Part shown: in pieces, positions 1 to 12,693 of the stretch
Position numbering within the stretch: position 1 is the first letter of the stretch
Layout: each line of letters opens with the position of its first letter
NCBI RefSeq assembly: GCF_009914755.1
Contig: NC_060935.1
Direction: 5' to 3' (one strand)
DNA from: the human T2T-CHM13v2.0 reference genome, Homo sapiens
DNA length: 64,000 bases
Program-made: the position numbers and the translations under genes
Notes under the pieces: generated by a model
What the model was told of the DNA's origin: nothing
The model's database searches: none
Seen by the model: the letters and a program-made list of their open reading frames with translations, nothing else

Positions 1-1263
1 AGTACATTATCTCATATAATCCCTACTGCAGCCAACCTTGGTAGGTAGATAGTAGGTAGATACTATATCAACATTTTACAGATAATGCAAATGAGGCTTA
101 GCATAAATGAGGTAGATTAATATATAACAAACTGAAAGCTGGAAGACATAACACTGTGATTTACCATTCTGATTCACAGTAGAGGCAGTACATTTTTGTC
201 CCTTTGTTTTCTTTGATCTCTTCTCCAGAGTAATCTTTAGCTCCTTCTTCCTCCTTTCCCTTTGCTCCCACATTCCCATATTAAGTTTCAAATCTTAGTT
301 CATCTTCTGTAATATTTTTTCACTGTGGTGGTTTTCCTAGTCTTCTCTACTACTAAACCAGCCCCATTTTATTTTCTTCTGCTATTGAAGTACTTTCTAA
401 ATAATTTCTGGTCTTTCATATTTTTCCAATTTATCCAACCCATGGTCTACATATATAAAAACCAGTGTTGTCATTTTTCTACACACCAATATAAACACAA
501 ACATACACATTAAAATATGTACTCTGTTGTAATAAGAGACAAAATAGGGGAGAGAGAGGAGTCAGGAGAGAAGATTGTGGAGAATAAATGGTATTGTAAA
601 ACTTTAGCATTGAATATTTTTATTGCAAAAAAGGAAGCTTGTTTCTTACTCTGATACACTGCAGGTGTGTATAAATTATTGACATATGCTACTACTGAAA
701 ATGGCTGCTCCTTGTCCTTTCCTATTCCCAAAGTCAAAAATACCTTCCCCCTTTTAGTATTCTTTTCTTCTCTTATTTGTGTGTCTATCACAGTGGAGTT
801 ATATTGAATTTCATTTCTAGGTAGTCCATTAGCATGAGCATACAAACAAAGGAATAAAATCAAGGAGGGTGATGACAGAAGAATTCTGTTTGACTCAGGA
901 ATAAAATCTCACAGGCTCATTATATTTTCAAAAGGAAGGAGGCACTTTATGTAGGATTGACAATGATTAAGTATCTGGACAAGTAAAGGGAAACATTGAT
1001 AGGGTTATGATAAAAAGGAAATTGTTAACAGTCAACTTCCTTCTTTGATGGCAATCAAAGGAAGAATTATTATGTATTCTATTTAGAATTTTAGCATTTA
1101 TTATGTACATAGAATTTCAATCTCTCATCTGCCTTAACACTAACAATTCTTTCTTCTAGTGAAATTGAAATATACCACAGCTACCAAAGAAAGGAAATTA
1201 AGCGATTAAGAAAGGAAATGTAACTATTCATTTTTCAATTACTGGCTCAAGAATGTGAACAGG

Positions 1264-1498
1264 TCACTGCAGCCTCTGCCTCCTGAGATCAAGCGATTCT
1301 CCTGTCTCAGCCTCCCTAGTAGCTGGGATTACAGGCATGCACCACCATACCCGGCTAATTTTTGTATTTTTAGAGATGGGGGTAGAGATGGGGGTTTCAC
1401 CACGTTGGCCAGGCTGGTCTCGAACTCCTGACCTCAGGTGATCCACCTGCCTTGGCCTCCCAAAGTGGGATTACAGGCATGAGCCCCTGCGCCCGGCC
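1264..1498 (-). mobile_element. Alu (S-type), lacking its 3' end and poly-A tail
   Basis: Antisense Alu sequence ending ...gcgcccggcc at 1498; starts abruptly at tcactgcagcc; internal 12-bp duplication at 1371-1394. Confidence 0.93.
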
Positions 1499-1649
1499 TA
1501 CTGGATGAATTTTTAACAATTGCATCTCTATAGCATGCAAGGGACATTTACTACTAAACCTGACCAGTGACTGAGTACTCATTAGCATCTTGCTGGTGGT
1601 TTATTCTGCTTTATTTTAGGATCATTTTCCTAGGAATGCATCCAATACC

Positions 1650-2070
1650 AACAGACATAAGTCACTTTCCCCAGGAAATAAAGATTTGCTTACAGAGATT
1701 TTGTTGATGAGTGCTACTGAGAACACTATTTGTAAGAGAGTGAATCAATCAGGATTGGGTAGAGAGAAGTTGAATTATGATTCACTTGTAACTGAGGCAT
1801 CAGTCAGTTGGACTTCGGAGATGAGGTGGGTTTTCAGGGATACCATGAATATATGTGAGAGGTGTGGGCCTCTGTACACCTTCGTCACACAATCACTGAA
1901 GATGGGATTCCCTTATGGTAAGGGCAAGATGTTACGTGAAGCAGCTCCCTTCAGCTTGACACTACTGCTGGAGAAGAAGTTGACTATGAGAATTCAGCAG
2001 GCAATACTCCAAGCAGCTGCAGTAATTAGGTCCTTGAATAGTATCTGGGAAGTACTCAACAGCATTCACT
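1650..2070. mobile_element. Old MaLR (MLT1-type) LTR
   Basis: caggattgggtagagagaagttgaattatgat...gaggcatcag resembles recalled MLT1 consensus; boundaries approximate. Confidence 0.5.
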
Positions 2071-3519
2071 AGAAGTAATTAGTCCTGATGCCCTTCAAGC
2101 ATATGAATGGCTTTGAATGTTAGGGGAGAGGACACATTAACAAAAATGACTTGGAATTTCAGAATCTGTCTGCAGTCTTACCAACAGAAAAGCAGAAGTC
2201 AGGAATAGTTGAGGAATAGTTACAAGAAACACTTTTCTATCAAGAAAATGCCCTAGGGAGATAAATTGAGAATCTCTTAATTGCTCTTAATCCAGGAAAT
2301 CACGAGAAATATTCTACTAAAATTAAATATAAACTTGATGCTGTTTCTCTTGTTTTAAATGAAAAACAAACCATAATTCTACATAAAATTTAAATTGCCC
2401 ATGGAAATAAGGCCCATCAGCTTCTCTGAGGCAACAATCTTTTCTTGAAAATTAGATCCAAAAAAATTTTTTAGAGATATGTAGAGGCGTAAAGTATACA
2501 GAAATATATCATTCAATCCATTTAAACTTCATCTGTTTTTCCAAAGTAGGTTAGAATATATTTGTCAGCCAGCCAATGATGAAGAAAATATGTCCTACAG
2601 CTACAATAAGGATATGTTTTGACTAGACCATCTTGTTTTTTTGGAGATGCGAGACAGTATGCTTTTCTTATACACCATCTTTTTAAATGATTGGTGAGTA
2701 GCTAAGACTGTGAATTCTGGCTGACTGGGACCAGTGGTATGCAATTTTAGCATGTGTATTATATATTTTCTGTGTGTAAGACTAATTCTAAATTTGATGC
2801 ACCAAAATACCTGCTTCCAATTTTGCCTTTAATTTATTAGAATGTGTAAGAGAGTGGCTGTCCCAAACACACATCTCTTACTAGAGGGACAGTTATTTAT
2901 TACTTGGCTAAAGCACTATATCAATTGTGTTTCATTTTAGAATCCTTTCATCATTCAGATAGATTTGAAAGTTATTCTTGATTGGTTATGTTAGCATGTT
3001 TAGAATGCTATGTTATGTAGGTTATTATCTACAGTACTTCATTAGTTATTTCTTTATTGGGGTTAAAGTTGGCCTGAATTTATTATATTTGATGTTTCAC
3101 AGTGCTATGCATTGGATACAAGTTTGTGATACATATTTATTAGTTGCATGTTAATTTATTTTGAGGATTTATTTTGTTTATGGTGGTAGTTCTCTATGAA
3201 CTGTTTGCCCTATTGAATTTTGATTAATTTGTACTTATGATGACAGGTCAAATTAAACAAAATAAAAAGCCACACTAATAATATATGATATACATTTGTG
3301 AGAGACTAGTAAGTTATCTGCCTCAAACTACATTATTCATAGATGAAAATTAAAGTTAATTAAAATATTGATCTCAAAATAAGAACTGCAACTTTTTATT
3401 TGTGAATCTTATAAAGAGGAATATTCCTCAAGGTCATGTTTCTTTTTTCCTTTCTTTAAACAACAAATCAAATCATTTCAGAGGATAATAGCTTGCTTTA
3501 AATAATAAAAAAGCAATGG

Positions 3520-3950
3520 CAGAGCCAGATTTGCCATGAAACTAGTGAGGCTTAAACTTCAAGGCAGCTAACTTAAATGAATGCCATCTGAGTCTCTGGA
3601 AGGGGTGCTAGCAAAGTGTTTTAAAATATGTATTTTAATGACTTTTCCAAATGTAAGATATTTCAACTTCTATTTTCATTCTAACTTCCTCTTTATCACA
3701 GTTTTCTCGATGTTAGGTAATATTGACTACCAGAAGGATTTTGAGGATCTGGCTAAGGAGAAGAAGGTTGAAAGAAATATTTAATTAAGACTTTACATGC
3801 TACGCAGTCACTGCTGTATATAATTAAGATATTGTTAGTAATCTCCATATATTGTAATGGCTTCTGGGAGTAATTCTAATATGCTTTGTGCTTATTCATA
3901 AAGATTTGGTAGCAGAAATGTTATCAACATACCTTAGAATATTCCTGTTC
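3520..3950 (+). mobile_element. hAT-Tip100 (MER115-like) DNA transposon remnant
   Basis: cagagccagatttgccatgaaactagtgaggcttaaacttcaaggc resembles the recalled MER115/Zaphod left end; right end unclear. Confidence 0.4.
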
Positions 3951-4121
3951 TAGGTGACAATCAGGAATGGCAGCTTTTTATGCCTAGTGGTACGTGGATC
4001 AGTGCAGTATTTCTATGTATGAAATTTGTTGCTTCCAGCCTCCATATTATCACCAGAAACTTCACTTTCTTCTTTGTGGTAGGAGAATCACAATGTAGCA
4101 ATTATTCTTACCCTCTATAAG

Positions 4122-4173
4122 GGATATTTCAGCAAGCTCCTGACGATTGGTCCGGGAGCTTGCTGAAATATCC
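4122..4173. repeat. Perfect 19-bp inverted repeat (hairpin core)
   Basis: ggatatttcagcaagctcc (4122-4140) is the exact reverse complement of ggagcttgctgaaatatcc (4155-4173). Confidence 0.97.
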
Positions 4174-4605
4174 TGAAGTGAGAGGTTAACGAAAATAATT
4201 ATCTCCCTATCTATGAAGATTTACCTCCCTATCTGTGAAGGCTATGGTGTTTTATTCATCCTGTCCAATCATCTCTGTCATCAATGTAATAGATCAATAA
4301 GATATTCTGCAGACTTCAGATAGTCTAGGCCTCTTCATATTATATTGTAACAGAGAGTAGAAGAATTCATCTAGCCTTGAGCAAATTTATGAATGAATAT
4401 TTTTATTTGTTCCTGAATACCAGTTAGGTTTTCTTTTCTTTTTTTTTTTTTTTTTTTTTTTTTTTTGCACTAGAGGAAAATACTTTCTCAGATCTATTCT
4501 AGTAATAACACTACATCTGGCAAAACAACCACAATAGGGACTAAGTGGTTAAAGTTGGGTTAGTTTATGGCCATTCTCAGAAATTAAATGGAGATGAAAG
4601 CCTCA

Positions 4606-5695
4606 TGGACAAAGACTTCATGTCTAAAACACCAAAAGCATAGCAACAAAAGCCAAAATTTACAAATGGGATCTAATCAAACTAAAGAGCTCCTACACAG
4701 CAAAAGAATCTATCATCAGAATGAACAGGCAACCCACAGAATGGGAGAAAATTTTTGCAATCTATCCATCTGACAAAGGGCTAATATCCAGAATCTACAA
4801 AGAACTTAAACATATTTACAAGAAAAAAACAAACAACCCCTTCAAAAAGTGGGTGAAAGATATGAACAGACACTTCTCAAAAGAAGACATTTATGTGGTC
4901 AACAAACATGAAAAAAAAGCTCATCATCACTGGTTATTAAAGAAATGCAAATCAAAACCACAATGTGATAGATACCATCTCACGCCAGTTAGAATGGGGA
5001 TCATTAAAAAGTCAGGAAACAACAGATGCTGGAGAGGATTTGGAGAAATAGGAACGCTTTTACACTGCTGGTGGGAGTGTGAATTAGTTCAACCATTGTG
5101 GAAGCCAGTGTGGTGACTCCTCAAGGATCTAGAACCAGAAATACTATTTGACCCAGCAATCTCATTACTGAGTATATACACAAAGGATTATAAATCATTC
5201 TACTATGAAGACACATGCACACATATGTTTATTGCAGCACTGTTTACAATAGCAAAGACTTGGAACCAACCCAAATGCCCATCAATGATAGACTGGATAA
5301 AGAAAATGTGGCACATATACACCATGAAATATTATGGGGCCATAAAAAAGAATGAATTATTGTCCTTTGCAGGGACATAGATAAAGCTGGAAGCCATCAT
5401 TCTCAGCAAACTAACACATGAACAGAAAGCCAAACATCTCATGTTCTCACTCATATGTGGGAGTTGAACAATGAGAACACATGGACACAGGGAGAGGAAC
5501 ATCACATACCCGGGCCTGTAAGGGGTTGAGGGGCAAGGGGAGGGAGAGCATTAGGACAAATACCTAATGCACACAGGGCTTAAAACCTAGATGATGAGTT
5601 GATAGGTGCAGCAAACCACCATGGCATATGTATACCTATGTAACAAACCTGCACATTCTGCACATGTATCCCAGAACTTACAGTAAAAAAAAAAA
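4606..5695 (+). mobile_element. 5'-truncated L1PA (about PA7-PA8) 3' end
   Basis: ORF2 C-terminal peptide (ORF 4721-5116), 3'UTR, poly-A; TSD aaagcctca at 4597-4605 and 5696-5704. Confidence 0.95.
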
Positions 5696-5770
5696 AAAGC
5701 CTCAGTCCTGCATTTTTTATGTACTAAATGGTGATGTTGATCTCCACAACTTCAAGAAATCAGTATAATT

Positions 5771-5773
<3 letters not shown>

Positions 5774-5808
<35 letters not shown>
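5774..5808. repeat. (TA)n microsatellite
   Basis: Direct reading. Confidence 0.97.
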
Positions 5809-5812
<4 letters not shown>

Positions 5813-6370
5813 CTTAGCTAAGTGTACAACAGTTTCAGAGGCTTCCACTTGGCCTTCTCCAGTATGACAGAGCTTACTCCAGAAGCCATAGACCATGTAG
5901 GGTTCCTCTTACTACCAAGTATGTTAATCCAAGTTGTACACTCAATGAGACAATAATCATTGAGTATCTCTGCAGACTCACAGGACTCACTACAAATTGG
6001 ATTTTAGCCAGAATTATATGTATTACCCACTCATTATAAGAAATCATATTTTACACCTTGGTATATCATTTTCAACTCAGACTCTATGTCTCAGAGTTTT
6101 CCAAATGTCTGAGTATTCAAATTTTCAAGTGTACATTCACCCTTATGAATGACTCTAGATACTTTTGGGAAAATTACCAGGGATATAATTACAATATATG
6201 CTGGTGATGATGTGGCAGGGTCCTTCCTCCTCTAGACTTGACCATTTCATTAGCCAAAGGATCAGAGTTAGAAAAGTGGCTCAGGTCCAGGAACTGAATA
6301 AAGAAAATGACTTTTTATTGTAACAACTGCCCCCAACTTTCTGCTTTTCTGCCTTCCTTTGATTGTACGT

Positions 6371-6897
6371 TGTTATAAATAAAGTTTCAGTGCCAAAGAA
6401 GAATAGAACTCAAATATAAAATTTTCCTTTTAATTCTCAGCAAAGCCAGTTACTTCTATAGAAGGATGCGCCCTTACAGTTGGAGCCATGGTGAGAGCAC
6501 ACTTGGACAAGGGAGGGGAAGGGGTTCTTATCTCTGACACATGTGGCCCCTGCTGCTGTCGTTCTCCTATTGGCTAGGGTTAGACCACCAGGCTAAACTC
6601 ATTCCAATTGGCTAATTTAAAGAGAGTGACGGGGTGAGTGGTTTGGTGGCAAAAATGGTTATGACAGAACAGGTAATCGGAATGAGTCAGGGTGGAGTAG
6701 GTAATCGGAATGAGTCAGGGTGGAGTAGGTAAATGGAATGAGTCAGGGTAGAGCAGGTGATTGAAATGAGTCAGGGTAGACCAGGTAATCAAAAAAGGTT
6801 GCTTTATGATGAAGTTAAATTTAAAAGTAGAAGGCAAAGAATTGAACATACTGACATATTGATTCTTTGAAAAGAAATTTAGGACTCATATCTAACA
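6371..6897 (-). mobile_element. LTR10F-like 3' LTR of HERV-I provirus
   Basis: Minus strand runs TGTTAGATATGAG...TATAACA; polypurine tract at 6898-6910; contains a 28-bp AP-1 repeat array. Confidence 0.88.
6671..6790. promoter_or_regulatory. 4 x 28-bp tandem array, each unit with AP-1 site TGAGTCA
   Basis: TGAGTCA at 6683, 6711, 6739 and 6767 (exact 28-bp period). Confidence 0.9.
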
Positions 6898-6959
6898 ACC
6901 CCTCCTCTTGTATTTCCTTACAGCTTTCTTTTCAAACTTTTTTTGAAACATGTTTTGGC

Positions 6960-9060
6960 TTAGTTGTTTTGCTTGATTTCCAAAAGAAGAAGCTTCTCTG
7001 GATAAGGTGGAGAGTAGTTAAGGGAGGTTTTAGCAAGTGCCGTTTTTATGAGCCTCTGCACCAACCCACAGATGCATGGTATGACACAGCACCCAAAAAG
7101 AGTAAGTACACCCATTACAGTTGTGACGGAAGTAAGACTTGAGGCTATTATTCCTTTCCATTTACCAAACCACTTTTCTAGCCATCCTGTAAAGGAGTCA
7201 TTTACCCGTGAGTTGTTGGCTAACTCATTGGACAGAGCAGTCAGACCTTGTAATGCCTTTGTTATAATTCCATCAGGGGCAGTGTTGTACAACACTGAGT
7301 TTAATCATGATGTAAACTCTTCCTCTTTCTGCTAATATCATGTCTAAGGCTATTCTATTTTCTCAATCCATCTGGCTAGTAGCCCTTTATTGCTCAGCTA
7401 TTCCTTTAACAGCATCTCTAGTGTAGTTAATAAATCACTGTTGGTTGTAGTACATGTAGTTTATCCGATCTACATTTTTATTAATTGTAACCTACCAAAA
7501 TATTGACTCAAATCCTGCAGCTATTTGATTTCTGGCTTTAAAATGATCTGGTATTCCCCGTGGGACTCTAATTGTGTCTGAATAAACATGAGAGTCGAAA
7601 GACCCATAAGGGGCTTCTCTCGCTTTACGATGTCTTATTTTTCCTTCCTCTGGTTGATGAAATGCCAGGGTGAAAGGGATAGCCAATTGGGCTAAAGCAC
7701 AAGTGCCACTCCAGTTATTTGGCAGAGTGTCCAGTAAAGGTCCACCACAATACCACCAAACATCCACTCAGGGATGAACAAGGGCTGACTGAATGATCAA
7801 GTTTCTAAATAACTTTTCTTTACAAATATATCTACATCTATATCAATATCTGGCCATTATGGTGCTCCGAGGTGTTTTATAAGAACCATGATTTCTTATT
7901 AAAAATCGTTAATATATATGTGCTATGTGTGCCGTGTGTGTGTGTGTGTATATGGTGCATACACATGTGTAAACATACTATAATATTTCTTTTTTTCAGA
8001 ATATAGATATGGGCAAAGGAATGGTGGGCAATACTTTTAACAAATTATGTAACTACCTCTGAAAGTAATTTAGACAGGTAAACCACAGTATGTATAACCA
8101 ACACTACACATTAATAATACAATAAGATTGAATAAAGCAAATGGTAAAAATCATCATGTATTTTATTGAATACATTTGATATTTTTGTTCTACTACGTAA
8201 ATACTGCATACAATGATTTATCGAGAGAAGTTTAAGTTTGAAACACAAATGTCCAAGGTATATTTCAGTCAGGCTTATAAGCTCTTGAAAATTCTTAAGC
8301 TCACTGCATCCCTTCAGGTCTCCAAGGAGCGCTAAGTTTCCTCCCTGTTGTGAGAGACATGAAGTGAACTTAGTGTTGGGAGATGGAAGCTGGATGGCCC
8401 TCGGGGGCTGACACACAGGGTGCCGGACTTCGGGATATAGCAGAGAGAGAGCTTGGCACGACTTATTACTCCGGGTTGTAGAATCCTGGAAAAGGGCTAC
8501 CATGCAGCCCACGCCTGGTCGACTGGACCACCTTAGTGGAAAGGGGACAATCTGGGCCTCTGGCCTGCCATGTGCACAAGCATAACAATTGCTTTTGTTT
8601 AACGTGCGGATGGAATATTTGATCATTCCAACCAGGCATTTGCATCTTGGTATGCTGTCTTAGTTGCCAAAATTTGTTTTAAGTTTTTAACTTCTATGAT
8701 CCTGTAGTAAAATGAATGTATGATTTTGGGAAATTACAAAAACCGGTTTGGGCAGTCCATCCTTGCTCTTTAGTGGTCCACAGAACATTGGACCAACTAC
8801 AACATAAAAGCTCTACATCATGGGGCAAGAATTCTGGTTGACACTGGGGTCTGTATTGATATCTCCCTGGATCAAATGGTCCCAATTTACTAAGGCCCAG
8901 TTTGAGGAGAGTCAGGAGGGACAGAGGTACTTTTCTGAAGTAGAGAGCTGTCTTTGACTTGGCAAATCCCCACAGGGTATAACAAGGCAAGCATCAAATA
9001 CAATAGTTTTAGGTGAAATTGACTTGGTTATGTTATAACTAGATGATCAGCAATAGAGCG
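6960..9060 (-). pseudogene. env: Disrupted class I ERV env
   Basis: CYAC motif, furin site RKAR, ISD-like ENRIALDMILAE, TM helix; stops, frameshifts and a 488-bp insertion. Confidence 0.85.
7792..8279 (+). repeat. Direct duplicate of 10910-11394 inserted in env
   Basis: Manual alignment: about 10 substitutions and 2 small indels over about 488 bp. Confidence 0.96.
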
Positions 9061-9540
9061 AGGAAAGAAGAAAGAGTAATAGAACAGATGAAAGAGACTT
9101 AAATTTTTCTTAGCTTTTGTTTGGTACGGTTTTCCCCTGGGACTGTGGCCCACGGCTCTGGAGGGGGCAGCGCTTTCTTGACTTGGGTGTGATGAGTCCA
9201 TCCCCTTTCTGCTGTATAAACAGCGGTCTCGGTGGTTAGCAGCACAAGGTAGGATCCTTCCCAGGATGGCTCAAGTTTTCCTTCTTTCCACCCTTTGATG
9301 GGAACATGATCCTCAGGCTGGTTCTGGTTTACCGGAAATTCTACGGGTGGTACCTATGTTAAAAGACTTCCAGTTTTGAGGGAAAGGAAAGTGGAAGATA
9401 AACTAATTATATAATTTGTAAGAAATTGATCTTTTGTTTCAAATGTGGGGACATCAGCAGTAGACTTTATAGTCCTTGGTGCCTTCTTACTAAGAAATTT
9501 CCTTTAGCATCTATTTTTATTAGTTTTTAGACCAAAGAAA

Positions 9541-9688
9541 GCCACCATGCCCGGCTAATTTTTTTTTGTATTTTTAGTAAAGGGCTTCACCGTGTTAGCC
9601 AGGATGGTCTCAATCTCCTGACCTCATGATCCGCCCGCCTCGGCCTCCCAAAGTGCTGGGATTACAGGCATGAGCCACCACACCTGGC
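9541..9688 (-). mobile_element. Alu left arm only (Y/Sc-like), fused to ERV pol
   Basis: gccaccatgcccggctaattt...gagccaccacacctggc; no right arm or tail. Confidence 0.92.
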
Positions 9689-10909
9689 ACAGTTTTGTGC
9701 TTTTTCAAAAAGAATTCAGTTTTATATATGTTGGACTGTCTGCATATATTCCATCATAACTACTTTCCCTCTAATCCTTTCTACTTTCTGTAGCACATAT
9801 TCATTTTCTTAATAACTTCCCAAGCTCTCTTCAATATGACTTCTTAGCTATTGATTCTAAAATGTTATCCAATGGGAACTTTGTAATTTAATCCTCATTT
9901 CTGAGATTGCTTTCTGTTTTTTAAACAAGATTTTTTGGTTTGAATCTCATCAACTCTCTTATTTCTTCTTACTTATTATTTATATCTCTTCTTAGTTTCT
10001 GAATTTTGGATTCTATTTTTAACATATAACTCTAAATTTAAGTTTGAGAATATTTTATAATGTTTGGTATGCTGTGTAACAGTTTTCTTCTGCTGCAATA
10101 TTGTCTCTCAAATAGGGTTCAGCTTAATTATTTCAATTCTCATCTTCTATTTTTTTCCTCCATTAATGATTCATGAAGTTTGTCTCTTTTTTCCTAGTTT
10201 TAGGCATTTGTATAGGTAGTGTGCTTAGTTTGAGAATTTTTTTTTATTTCTGTAGTGGCTTACTTTATGGTGGCCCTGGTGGGAAGGGAGAGATTTGGGG
10301 CTGTATTATGTTTCCTCTTGTGTGCATGTGATCTGTAACTTTTTCATCTTATCTTATGTTTACTTATTTTTTATTGCACTGCCAAGCCTCAACAACAGCA
10401 ACAACAACAACAAAAACCTCTTCCCTTCTTTATTTATTCCCTTATCTTCTCAAAATAATGTTTTCTTTAGGTTACCATTTTCAGTCTACTTGGTTTGAAG
10501 CTCTTCTCTATACTTAATTCTGTAAACTGGCAAATGTCACACTTGTCTTCTCTATTTTAACACTTAGCATTGACATTCTCTTTCTGTGAGTGGTGTTGTT
10601 TATGCTTCATCTGTGACTTCATCATTTTTCTTCTGTGGAATATCTTTAGACTTCTTCTTGCCACAAGGTTACAACAGAACTATAATTCTACTGGATATGT
10701 TGCTGTTGTAAGCCTGTGGTCTACTGATAGGTAATCTGAGGACTATGGTACTGTCTTCACCACATGGTGCTGAAGTTGTGATTTATATGCAGTTTTTATC
10801 CATCATATAAACTGTAGAGTTTTTTATTTTATTTTTTAATGTTTGCATAGAATCAGATACAGACAGCCACCATTATCTTAGTGTCAATTTAGTCCATTGT
10901 GCACTTTTA

Positions 10910-11394
10910 AATGATCAAGGTTCTAAATAACTTTTCTTTACAAATATATCTACATCTATATCAATATCTGGCCATTATGGTGCTCCGAGGTGTTTTATAA
11001 GAACCATGATTTCTTAATAAAAATAGTTAATATATATGTGCTATGTGTGCCGTGTGTGTGTGTATATGGTGCATACACATGTGTAAACATACTATAATAT
11101 TTCTTTTTTTTCAGAATATAGATATGGGCAAAGGAGTGGTAGGCAATACTTTTAACAAATTATGTAACTACCTCTGAAAGTAATTTAGACAGGTAAACCA
11201 CAGTATTTATAACCAACACTACACATTAATAATACAATAAGATTGAATAAAGCAAATGGTAAAAATCATCATGTATTTTATTGAATACATTTGATATTTT
11301 TGTTCTACTACATAAATACTGCATACAATGATTTATCCAGAGAAATTTAAGTTTGAAACACAAAGGTCCAAGGTATATTTCAGTCAGGCTTATA
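10910..11394 (+). repeat. Probable donor copy of the 488-bp duplication
   Basis: Matches 7792-8279 at an offset of about 3118 bp. Confidence 0.95.
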
Positions 11395-12399
11395 CTGATA
11401 ATGTATGACAGATTTCTAAACTGGCTATCCTTTCACCTGACCTGGTTCCAAAGAACATTATAATATAGAATTGTTAAAAAAATCTACTATGATGCAATGA
11501 TTGTCATGACCACCTTTTTAGAAAAAATAAACTTTCCTCAGCATAAATCAGCTTTACTATGGGTAATATGCCCATCCTAGTAATTCTGCTCTTGCAGGAG
11601 ACCATTATACATTTAGTGCATTTTATGGATAATTTCACAGTTATTTAAATATAGATTCTTAAGATTCTGTGACAAAATTTGACCTGCACCACAGAGGACT
11701 ACAAAGCTGTAAGGATCTTAAAATAATATCTGGTTGAGAGGCCTGATCTGATTCCATTCTATATGCTATTGGAGAAAATATATGAATTATATAACAAATA
11801 CCTGCACTTCAATTAAATTAATAGTAGTAATAAGATGATACTTATCATTTTTAATATGAATAAAATATAAGAAAGAAAACTATAATATGATTTTTCTCAA
11901 GTATGACACATTAATTTAGATTTTATGAGTTGTCTTCCTCCTTACTTAAATAGCTATGTATTAAACCTCATATTGTTGCCTTTAATTTGATACTTGACCC
12001 TTAAAACTGAAACTTTTTAAGGCTATCATTGCTAAGGAATCAACAAGATGTTTTTGAGTAATTGATGATGTGTAATTCCATGGATGATTATATCTTGCTT
12101 AACTTTACTTGATTGTTGAGAACTGTTAGTGTGAAGTACTCTAAGCTAGTTACATCACCAACCACAAGGCAATCAGACTGAAGATGAAGAGCAGGCAAAA
12201 GAAGCTTCAACTATTTTAAATTCTAATTAATTACTCTTTGGAGTAATTATCCATTCCATAGAAATTTTTAACAAAATATGTGTTTACTATGCTTTCTCAT
12301 AGCCAACCAGCTTTGTTAATAAGAAACAACTGCCTTTTATTACATTTACTAATTTCCTCATCTCCTTATATGTATTCTGTTAAGAAAAAAAAAAAGGTA

Positions 12400-12693
12400 G
12401 GCTGGCACCGTGGCTCACTCCTGTAATCCCAGCCCTTTGGGAGGCTGAGGCGGGTGGATCACTTGAGGTCAGGAGTGCAAGATCAGCCTGGCCAACATGG
12501 CAAAACCCCATCTCTACTAAAAATACAAAAATTAGCCAGGCATGGGGGCGGGCACCTGTAATCCCAGCTACTCAGGAGGCTGAGACAGGAGAATCACTTG
12601 AACCCAGGAAGCAGAGGTTGCAGTGAGCGGAGATCACAACACTGCACTCCAGCCTGGATGACAGAGCGAGACTTTTGTCTCAAAAAAATAAAA
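12400..12693 (+). mobile_element. AluS
   Basis: Full dimeric Alu with A tail. Confidence 0.95.

Larger units (their letters stand above)
6898..9544 (-). mobile_element. HERV-I (HERVIP10F-like) internal region: end of pol/integrase plus env
   Basis: Env peptides in ORFs 6960-7295, 7492-7767 and 8111-8626; integrase tail (GSYLVLLTTETAV...GWTHHTQVK) near 9175-9270; ends at an Alu junction. Confidence 0.88.

Noticed and set aside
510-863. 117-aa ORF
   Set aside because: No recognisable domain or ATG start; consistent with chance
4429-4466. Orphan poly-T tract as a retrocopy tail
   Set aside because: No body or TSD identifiable
6960-8990. Co-opted (syncytin-like) env
   Set aside because: Multiple stops, frameshifts and a 488-bp insertion
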